A DNA stretch of 64,000 nucleotides from Candidatus Peregrinibacteria bacterium (lineage in GTDB: Bacteria; Patescibacteriota; Gracilibacteria; CAIRYL01; GCA-016699755). Below, in pieces: positions 58,001 to 64,000 of the stretch. Positions within the stretch are counted from its first letter, which is position 1, and each line of letters starts with the position of its first letter. The notes below the pieces were generated by a model. It was not told the DNA's origin. It saw nothing but the letters and a program-made list of their open reading frames with translations, and ran no database searches. Location: positions 6,101 through 70,100 of the forward strand of contig JANTGK010000001.1 in NCBI GenBank assembly GCA_024762935.1, given 5' to 3'. Position numbers and translations under genes: made by a program.

Positions 58001-58694
58001 GCGAAATTATCGAAGAGATTCGGACAGAGATGGGCTTACAGATGCTGAAGAGCTTCTGATGGGAACAGATCCAGATCGGACTGATACTGATAGAGATGGG
58101 TATTCAGATTTTATTGAGGTTGAATTTGGAATTTCTCCATTGGAAAAAAATCCAAAAAAAATTTTTAGCGATATAAGTTCTGCTGGAACAGCCGCTAGTG
58201 AGATATCACGACTCTATTTTCTCGGAATCCTTGACGGATTTTCGGATGGTACATTTCGTCCAAATGATTCTGTGACTCGTTCTGCTTTTGTCGTTTTTGT
58301 TTCTCGTATCTTTTCTAATCCAGATACTTCAAGAGTTCCTTCTGATGTTTATCAAGACGTCACACGGAATGATTGGTTTGCCTCAGATTTGATTGCTGCT
58401 GAAAAATCAGGGATAGACATAGATATACAGAATAATTCCTTTCGACCATATCAACCTATTACTCGTCAGGTCGCTTGTGAAATGATTTCCCCCTTCCTTT
58501 CTGGAAAAGTAAAAGACGAGTTGGTGTATGAAGATGTTGACCCAAAGTACAAAGAATCTATGCGGCTTTGTCTCTCAAAAAAAATTCTGCACACTAGAGA
58601 AAATGAAGAAGGAGAGATGATATCTGGAGGAAGAGAGGATTTGACTCGAGCAGAGATGGCAGTGCTTCTCTATCGGACAATTTTTGCTCGATAG
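55047..58694 (+). CDS. giant exported surface protein: IPT/TIG-like repeats, K/E-rich linker, TSP3-type Ca-binding repeats, three C-terminal SLH domains
   Basis: 1215 aa. Signal peptide, repeated ...I.GxNFG... beta-repeat motifs, DSDRDGLTDAEELLMGTDPDRTDTDRDGYSD, and C-terminal SLH units (FLGILDGFSDGTFRPNDSVTRSAFVVFV; LTRAEMAVLLYR). Confidence 0.85.
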   Translation: MKVNVLAQKIGFGFLFFCILTSSSFALRLTDLSDGKTEDQLKGLVEETVVDPAATRGLVTDIREPVIEAITIQNNKETDGASLALHGKELLPTNGRVTVSFVTLNGQGSVSAFSYSSKSLLLFPLPKNVISGDVVVSATGENQQTKKSKPFYFEYHPPEILFVTGKDGFGPGKTIQVWGNYFDGVYFRDGGKSKMAEMRSGVLKGGDDVSVKGNLSMVELTLPIKNYNKKFWIERNCDAKGENCLKSNEIDFSSMIHPLITELQIDYQNWEGTLYGENFPEDESVVSLTFGDKRPSLSSYSSKENKLTFPLPCPLPGRAVVRLNYKTIKSNPLLFVVEDAPVILSSSVAPSENIGTMHYEVSVNERLDIPKQSQCTKDRTIFVGGREYALRKYGGKYLSGDVSESAIPASANMSVVFQGIESNIIPFEKKKFTRTPHIYRIESKYGFRPGAPFQIFGRNFGNSYKSCDSGVGTINGPAVYSEDRYKVRIGTDSNGDPIYDQRCDRIPPTVKPERIDAQFASLAYGERTGVSDSSLSFSISGVTSNSLKIHFGDKSEKIVQAAPEISAIEYPEGHLPGDHIILRGNEFGKGAKHNVVSFGNKKVLPVGSNNRGTELTVKIPKGAKSGSITVFRKTPHPQTSSPYEVIISPHPEKKAIFSFAEKDDAIVELEDAEKPFSFPAIKYVNSIGDLQVNNFRLEIKWVDGDPEDIHALKNAKIPPFGVFTLKRNGEAVSEQEVAHYSGKNITLNFPPFVIPLTQGESDSLTVETTLLPFATKGSKFQMIFSPQKKRDLTLLNIDSNTGIYAQPKESISSASFTIHTNAFSTCIDVDTGGTHCREYDERIKQNQTYSQSKKTSKTSRTVEKTLSRREKVEQILARQQKEKERRVREIFHEKEKTEETRIKKVIENKSEKLLTLAERMTQKYGKEKGNQILSILQKQHSLSQNRMKGSPSYIREQNAIQKAKDEEKKIRQKIVQKTEKLYSRLRNYRRDSDRDGLTDAEELLMGTDPDRTDTDRDGYSDFIEVEFGISPLEKNPKKIFSDISSAGTAASEISRLYFLGILDGFSDGTFRPNDSVTRSAFVVFVSRIFSNPDTSRVPSDVYQDVTRNDWFASDLIAAEKSGIDIDIQNNSFRPYQPITRQVACEMISPFLSGKVKDELVYEDVDPKYKESMRLCLSKKILHTRENEEGEMISGGREDLTRAEMAVLLYRTIFAR

Positions 58695-58767
58695 ATCTGA
58701 AATTTGCCTCAGAAAAAAAGTAGAGACATTTTTTGATTTTCAAGGAAGAAGTGTGTAAACTCTCTTC

Positions 58768-60375
58768 GTGCCAAAGCTTGTATTTGTTACTGGAGGCGTT
58801 TGTAGTTCCTTGGGAAAGGGGATTGCTTCAGCTTCGATTGCAAAAATATTAAAATCATCTGGGTTTCGGGTTTCGATTCAAAAACTAGATCCATACCTAA
58901 ACGTCGATCCTGGCACGATGTCTCCATTTCAACATGGAGAAGTCTTTGTGACAAATGATGGTGCAGAGACTGATCTTGATCTCGGTCACTATGAGCGGTT
59001 TATTGATGAGTTTCTCACAAAGTATTCGAGTGTTTCTACGGGAAAAATTTATCAGGAGGTTCTCAAAAAAGAACGGAAAGGAGAGTATTTAGGAGGAACG
59101 ATTCAAGTAGTCCCTCATATTGTTGATGAGATTAAATCGCGAATAGACCTTGCTGCTGCGTCTACACATGCAGAAATATTAGTAGTAGAAATCGGCGGGA
59201 CCGTTGGAGACATTGAGGGAGAGCCTTTTTTAGAGGCCATTCGTCAAGTGCGACAAGAGAGAGGAACAGAAAATGCTGTATCAGTGCATCTGACACTTCT
59301 CCCTTATTTAGCAGGTTCAAAAGAACTAAAAACGAAACCAACTCAACTTTCTGTTCGTGAGATTCGGAGGGCTGGAATACAGCCAGAAATCATTATTGCT
59401 CGTGCTGATCAAGAGATTCCAGAGGAACTCCTGAAGAAAATAGCAAAATTTTGTAATACACGTGAGGATGCTGTTTTTGCAGCTCCAACTGTATCGAGTA
59501 TTTATGAAGTTCCCCTTATTCTCGAGAACCAAAGTCTTTCTCAAATATTGGAAAGAGAGTTGCAACTTCCAAAAGTTCGCCCAGAAATGGCGAATTGGAA
59601 GAAAACTGTCAAAAATATCCATACTTCAAATGAGACCATAGAAATCGGGATGGCAGGAAAATATACAGGATTAGAAGATGCGTATCTTTCTGTCATTGAA
59701 TCTATAAAATTTGCCGCTAATTCTGTGGGAAAAAAAGCAAAAATCATTTGGATCGATACTGAGAAACTTGAAAGGGGAGTACAAAAGGAATTAAAAAAAT
59801 TAGAAGAAGTTGCTGGAGTGGTTGTACCTGGAGGATTTGGAACTCGAGGAATCGAGGGGAAGATAATAGTGGCAAAATACGCACGGGAGAATAATCTCCC
59901 CTATTTAGGTCTTTGTCTTGGTTCTCAGATTATGGCCATTGAATTTGCTCGGAATGTATTAGGAATAAAAGGAGCGACGAGCGAAGAGTTTCATGCCCAT
60001 GCCAAGAATCAGATTGTCCATTTTCTTCCTGGGCAATCAGAATCGGTCAAAAAAGGGGGAACACTTCGATTAGGTGCATGGCCATGTAAGGTGAAGAAGG
60101 GGACTCTTGCACATAAGGCGTATGGAAAAGAAGAAGTCTCAGAGAGGCATCGTCATCGATATGAATTTAATACTGATTTTCAAGAAGACTTTGAAAAAGA
60201 AGGCTTTGTATTCTCTGGCACTTCTCCGGATGAGAGTCTTGTTGAAATCGTCGAAATTAAAAAACATCCCTTTATGCTTGGTTCACAATTTCATCCTGAG
60301 TTTTTAAGTCGACCGGGAAATCCACATCCACTTTTTTTGGAGTTTCTAAAGGTAGCAAAAAAGAATTCTTCTTAA
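58768..60375 (+). CDS. pyrG: CTP synthase
   Basis: 535 aa with a GTG start. FVTGGVCSSLGKGI and the GATase region GLCLGSQ...HRHRYEFN. Confidence 0.95.
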   Translation: MPKLVFVTGGVCSSLGKGIASASIAKILKSSGFRVSIQKLDPYLNVDPGTMSPFQHGEVFVTNDGAETDLDLGHYERFIDEFLTKYSSVSTGKIYQEVLKKERKGEYLGGTIQVVPHIVDEIKSRIDLAAASTHAEILVVEIGGTVGDIEGEPFLEAIRQVRQERGTENAVSVHLTLLPYLAGSKELKTKPTQLSVREIRRAGIQPEIIIARADQEIPEELLKKIAKFCNTREDAVFAAPTVSSIYEVPLILENQSLSQILERELQLPKVRPEMANWKKTVKNIHTSNETIEIGMAGKYTGLEDAYLSVIESIKFAANSVGKKAKIIWIDTEKLERGVQKELKKLEEVAGVVVPGGFGTRGIEGKIIVAKYARENNLPYLGLCLGSQIMAIEFARNVLGIKGATSEEFHAHAKNQIVHFLPGQSESVKKGGTLRLGAWPCKVKKGTLAHKAYGKEEVSERHRHRYEFNTDFQEDFEKEGFVFSGTSPDESLVEIVEIKKHPFMLGSQFHPEFLSRPGNPHPLFLEFLKVAKKNSS

Positions 60376-60398
60376 TTTGTATACAAAATGAGTTCAAT

Positions 60399-61016
60399 TT
60401 ATATATTCCTTAGAAAAGGATTTGTTTCCTTTTCTTCTCTTAGTGTATTCGTTTTTTTCTTGCCATAATTATGACCAGGACAAACAATGAGATCGTCTGA
60501 AAGAGTACATATTTTGTTCAATGTATTATTCATTTTCTTTGGATCTGAATCCATAAAGTCTGTTCGGCCTATTCCTCCGATAAAAAGAGTGTCTCCTGTG
60601 AATAAGTAATCACCTATAGTGTAGAGAAGATGATCATTTTGATGACCAGGTGCAGAGTGGACTTTTCCGCTTATCTCTCCTATTTTTATTGTATCTCCTC
60701 CTGATACTGGAATCGTTTTTTTAGGAATTATCCACATACCTTTTGATGGATTTATTCCTTGTTTTTTTTCACTCTCGGGATTCATGTAGATGTCTGCGCC
60801 AGTAAGTGCAGCAAGAATATCTGCTGATCCACTATGATCATAGTGAACATGTGTTAAAAAAATTTTTGTAATTGTATAATTATGAATCTTTGCTTTTTGC
60901 TGTATTATTTCAGGATCAAAGCCGCAGTCTATAACAGCACACTCTTTTGTCTTTGGGCATCCTATGAGATATACAAAGTTATCCATGTGGCCAACGGGGA
61001 TTTGTTGGAAGAACAT
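60399..61016 (-). CDS. MBL-fold metallo-hydrolase (glyoxalase II / ETHE1-like)
   Basis: THVHYDHSG motif. The start is trimmed to MFFQQIPVG at 61016, one nt from the upstream stop. Confidence 0.8.
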   Translation of the reverse strand: MFFQQIPVGHMDNFVYLIGCPKTKECAVIDCGFDPEIIQQKAKIHNYTITKIFLTHVHYDHSGSADILAALTGADIYMNPESEKKQGINPSKGMWIIPKKTIPVSGGDTIKIGEISGKVHSAPGHQNDHLLYTIGDYLFTGDTLFIGGIGRTDFMDSDPKKMNNTLNKICTLSDDLIVCPGHNYGKKKTNTLREEKETNPFLRNI

Positions 61017-61017
61017 A

Positions 61018-61341
61018 TTAAAAACCACCAGAAAGTAGGTCATTTAGATTCTTTTTTGCTGTTCCGGGCCTGAAAGACGGACTCGCTTGTTTTCCAGAAA
61101 GAATGTCTATTTCTTTTTCGATTGCTCTTTTGTTCATGTAGTTTTTTGTAATCCTTTTTCCATCCGTAAGGATTTGAATATTAGGTCCTTTTGCACATTC
61201 ACCAAGACAATGACATGATTCTGTAGTTATGCTGTCTTCAAGGTTTTCTTTTTGTATTTTTTCTATTGCAGAGGTATCTAACTCTGTGGCGAATTTTTTA
61301 CATTTCTTTCCGTGGCATATGCGAATGGTTTTCTTTTTCAT
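61018..61341 (-). CDS. thioredoxin-like [2Fe-2S] ferredoxin-like protein
   Basis: The start is trimmed to MKKKTIRICHGKKC. The Cx4C ... CLGEC AKGPN pattern matches the C-x4-C/C-x3-C ligand spacing of NuoE-type ferredoxins. Confidence 0.6.
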   Translation of the reverse strand: MKKKTIRICHGKKCKKFATELDTSAIEKIQKENLEDSITTESCHCLGECAKGPNIQILTDGKRITKNYMNKRAIEKEIDILSGKQASPSFRPGTAKKNLNDLLSGGF

Positions 61342-61618
61342 AAATAATTTATAGTCGCTTACATTGTACCACATGAATGTTAAATAGTTCAGTGAGAGTG
61401 AGTTTTAGGAGAGTTTTTTAACTGAATAAGAAAATTGTTCATTATTAACGTATACGAAAAGGAGTCATGGATAAAAAAGTGGTTCTATTTTATTGCTTTA
61501 TATAGCCATTTATATGGTATTTGTTAAAAAAAGACTTGACCAAAAAACGAAAACGAGTAAAAATTTTGAACGATACTTTTATGTTTCCCTTCGGGTGCTC
61601 AAATCCCTTTTTTCATCG

Positions 61619-62182
61619 ATGACTCGCGTAAAGCTTTTACGTCTCTATCTTCTTTCACCAGAGGGATCTGAATTCTTTGTTCGAGAACTCACTCGTGATC
61701 TTGATGAACAAATTAATTCTATTCGTCGGGAATTAGAAAATTTAGAAAAAATCGGCATGCTTTCGAGTAAGACTCGTGAGAGAAAAAAATACTATCGTGT
61801 TAATGTAAAATTTCCAATTCTTGAAGAACTTCGTTCAATATTTCAAAAGGCTGAGAGTACGAGTTTAAAAATCCTGAAGAAGATTCAAAAGATGGGGAGG
61901 CTTGACCTATTGGTTTTAACGGGGAGTTTTGTAGGTGTTCCTAACAATGTTGATCTTGTTGCCATTGGAAACCTTGACAAAAAGAAGCTTTCCGACTATC
62001 TTTCCCGGGAGCTTACAAACGAGCTGAAAAGTGAAATTCGATATTCAGTGTTCTCTCAAGAAGATTTTTTATATCGGCTCGAGTGTAAAGATAAGTTCAG
62101 CTACGACCTTCTCAAGGATTCCAAAAATCTTATTATGATGAATAAGATCGAGAAAAAAATTGAAGATGTCGTTGGCACTTAA
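61619..62182 (+). CDS. winged-helix (ArsR-like) DNA-binding protein with uncharacterised C-terminal domain
   Basis: The start is trimmed to MTRVKLLRLYLL. FVRELTRDLDEQINSIRRELENLEKIGML is HTH-like. Confidence 0.55.
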   Translation: MTRVKLLRLYLLSPEGSEFFVRELTRDLDEQINSIRRELENLEKIGMLSSKTRERKKYYRVNVKFPILEELRSIFQKAESTSLKILKKIQKMGRLDLLVLTGSFVGVPNNVDLVAIGNLDKKKLSDYLSRELTNELKSEIRYSVFSQEDFLYRLECKDKFSYDLLKDSKNLIMMNKIEKKIEDVVGT

Positions 62183-62201
62183 CATTTCTTTCTCATTTTT
62201 T

Positions 62202-62723
62202 ATGACGGTACGTATAGAGGATTTACGACAAGAAGGTAAAAAGAAGTCCATTATCTCCTTTCGATCTGGGCAGACAGTTCGTGTGTATAGAAAAATTAAA
62301 GAAGGAGATAAACAACGAATTCAGATTTTTGAAGGACTTATTATTGAAGTGAATAATCAAGGAAGTACTTCTGCTGCTATTACCGTCCGTAAGATTGTTG
62401 GTGGCATTGGAGTCGAGCAGGTGTTTCCGGTTCATTCACCACTTATCGAAAAAATAGAACTCGTAAAAGAAGCAAAAGTACGACGAAGCAAGCTCTATTT
62501 CATGCGTGGTCTTCGAGGGAAAGCAGCACGTCTTCGTGAGAGATTTTTTACTGAGGCTGATTTAAAGGCTATGGAAAAACACGAGCTGACAGATGAAGAG
62601 GTCGAAGAGGCAGTCGTACATGAAAAAGAAGTGGAGGAAGAGAAAAATGCCCTTGATGCCCCACAAGAAAAAGGAGAAAGTGCTTCACCAGAAGAAGTTC
62701 CTTCAAAAGAAGAGGAGAAATAG
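62202..62723 (+). CDS. rplS: 50S ribosomal protein L19 with an acidic C-terminal extension
   Basis: FRSGQTVRVYRKIKEGDKQRIQIFEGLII...VRKIVGGIGVEQVFPVHSP...RRSKLYFMR is the L19 core. About 55 extra E/K-rich residues follow. Start chosen at ATG 62202. Confidence 0.9.
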   Translation: MTVRIEDLRQEGKKKSIISFRSGQTVRVYRKIKEGDKQRIQIFEGLIIEVNNQGSTSAAITVRKIVGGIGVEQVFPVHSPLIEKIELVKEAKVRRSKLYFMRGLRGKAARLRERFFTEADLKAMEKHELTDEEVEEAVVHEKEVEEEKNALDAPQEKGESASPEEVPSKEEEK

Positions 62724-62746
62724 TTTCTTATGAATATTGAATAATG

Positions 62747-62776
62747 AAAGAATGACCTTTGGGTCATTCTTTTTTA
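62747..62776 (+). terminator. rho-independent terminator after rplS
   Basis: Stem AGAATGACC/GGTCATTCT with loop TTTG, followed by TTTTT. Confidence 0.85.
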
Positions 62777-62802
62777 TTTAAAAAAACTTTATAGTACTTT
62801 TT

Positions 62803-63837
62803 GTGAAACAACGGAATATTCTCATTTTCGGCAATTATGGAGGAGAAAATTGGGGGGATGAAATGATTCTTTCAGGACTTGTGTCAGCACTACCAAAAAA
62901 AGCCTTTGACATTACTGTCGTGTCATCAAATCCAAATTTTACTACAAGGATTCATTCGGGTGTACAGTCTGTATTTCCTCCTCCTTTTGGGGTGAAATCA
63001 TTCTTACACTTTCGTCTTTTGCAAACAATTCGAGCGATTAAAAAAGCAGATATTATTCTTTTTGGGGGTGGGGGACTTTTTCAGGATCGAGAACCGAAGG
63101 CCATTTTTTTATGGGGTTGGTATCGTTTTGTAGCTGGTTTTTTTGGGAAACGGATTATATTTGTTGGAAATTCTGTGGGTCCGCTGGCATCCCATATTTC
63201 AAAGCGAATTGTCCAAAAATCATTTCAGCCATCTCGTTTTATATCGGTACGAGATACTGCTTCAAAAAATCTTCTTTTGGATTTGGGTATTTCTCATACA
63301 TGTATTGTATCCGCAACTGATGCAGTATTTCTTCTTCGGAAGACTCCATCAGCAAAAAGAAAAAAGGGGACTCTTCTTCTCCTTCGGGGAGATGGGAAAA
63401 TAACTCATCAGCAAATAAGGAAACTCCTTCCACTCTTGCCAAAACCAGTTTCTTTTCTTGCGATGGACACTGTTGATGTGTCTTTTGGTGAAAGTCTTGG
63501 TCTCCCGCGCATCCAACCAAAATCTCCTTCTGATCTGAGAAGTTTGGTTTCTTCAGCAAAACTGGTTCTCAGCTCCCGTTTACATGGCGGAATTCTTGCA
63601 CTGCAGGCAGAAACACCATTCCTTCTTTTTTCTGCTGCCCCAAAAATTCAGAACTTTTTTGCAGAGAGAAGTCTCAAAAAACTCGTTTTATCAGAGACGT
63701 ATTCTTATAAAAAGGCAAAGACAATGATTACTTCCCTTATAAAAAATGCCTCAAAGTGGATAAAAATATTCCGAAAAATTCGCCTTCTCGAACAGAGGAA
63801 GGCAAAAAATATTCTTCCGGAATTTTTGCAAAAATAA
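62803..63837 (+). CDS. csaB: polysaccharide pyruvyl transferase (CsaB-like)
   Basis: 344 aa with a GTG start. The N-terminus ILIFGNYGGENWGDEMILSGL and later GGGGLFQD are typical of the PS_pyruv_trans/CsaB family. Confidence 0.75.
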   Translation: MKQRNILIFGNYGGENWGDEMILSGLVSALPKKAFDITVVSSNPNFTTRIHSGVQSVFPPPFGVKSFLHFRLLQTIRAIKKADIILFGGGGLFQDREPKAIFLWGWYRFVAGFFGKRIIFVGNSVGPLASHISKRIVQKSFQPSRFISVRDTASKNLLLDLGISHTCIVSATDAVFLLRKTPSAKRKKGTLLLLRGDGKITHQQIRKLLPLLPKPVSFLAMDTVDVSFGESLGLPRIQPKSPSDLRSLVSSAKLVLSSRLHGGILALQAETPFLLFSAAPKIQNFFAERSLKKLVLSETYSYKKAKTMITSLIKNASKWIKIFRKIRLLEQRKAKNILPEFLQK

Positions 63838-63900
63838 GAATTCTCCTTTTTTCTTTCCTCTTTGATTATTAATCATTATTCTTGGGGTAATTTCTTTCTT

Positions 63901-64000
63901 TTATTTTCGTGTCCTCTTGGCATAAAAAGATTGTTGGACATAAGGCATGTCGAAAGCGTCTTCATGAAATGAATGCGTCACAAAATATTCCCCATGCTCT
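63901..64000 (-). CDS. 3' end of an unidentified gene entering from beyond the window
   Basis: The minus-strand frame reads ...EHGEYFVTHSFHEDAFDMPYVQQSFYAKRTRK then a stop (TAA at 63903-63901). Only 33 codons are visible. Confidence 0.3.
   Translation of the reverse strand, partial: EHGEYFVTHSFHEDAFDMPYVQQSFYAKRTRK

Noticed and set aside
61467-61505. 12-codon mini-ORF (MDKKVVLFYCFI) with a good AAGGAG SD upstream of the winged-helix gene
   Set aside because: It is too short to evaluate and no associated attenuator structure was found. It is noted only as a possible upstream ORF.
1-64000. Alternative genetic code (UGA recoding, as in some uncultivated lineages)
   Set aside because: All conserved genes are full length under the standard code, and TGA terminates well-aligned genes (leuC at 6810-6812, korA at 14392-14394).

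Overview
AT-rich (roughly 35-40% GC by eye), densely coding bacterial chromosome segment read with the standard code. TGA is used as a stop and the long ORFs are uninterrupted. I call about 57 protein genes and one tRNA-Arg(CCU). I see no rRNA, CRISPR, transposase, integrase or phage genes. Gene content is mainly housekeeping: translation (glyQS, lepA, obg, hflX, pth, rplA, rplS), division (ftsA, ftsZ), dispersed leucine genes (leuC, leuD, leuA), thrC, aroC, nadA, purN, pyrG, murA, a two-subunit 2-oxoacid:ferredoxin oxidoreductase, and envelope functions (SLH-domain proteins, CsaB-like pyruvyl transferase, GT1/GT2, prepilin peptidase, PKD protein). The lineage cannot be fixed by eye. Several proteins look like those of uncultivated small-genome bacteria. 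The most unusual layer is non-coding. At least six intergenic spacers are built almost entirely from phased 7-nt and 8-nt short tandem repeat words (GGAACAN, AATTACG, GTNRCARA and others), plus a conserved 37-nt module found three times just after stop codons. This resembles cyanobacterial STRR heptamers but is mosaic and strand-polarised. Other points worth a second look are msrAB inserted between leuC and leuD inside repeat spacers, a Cx11C-repeat secreted protein family, an exonuclease-DinG fusion without a Walker A motif, an orphan CsoR-family repressor lacking the Cu-ligand His with its own palindromic operator, a terminator-like hairpin in the leuC leader, a C-terminally truncated pyruvate kinase, and a conserved small ORF between ftsA and ftsZ. 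No multi-gene defence or mobile system was recognised.
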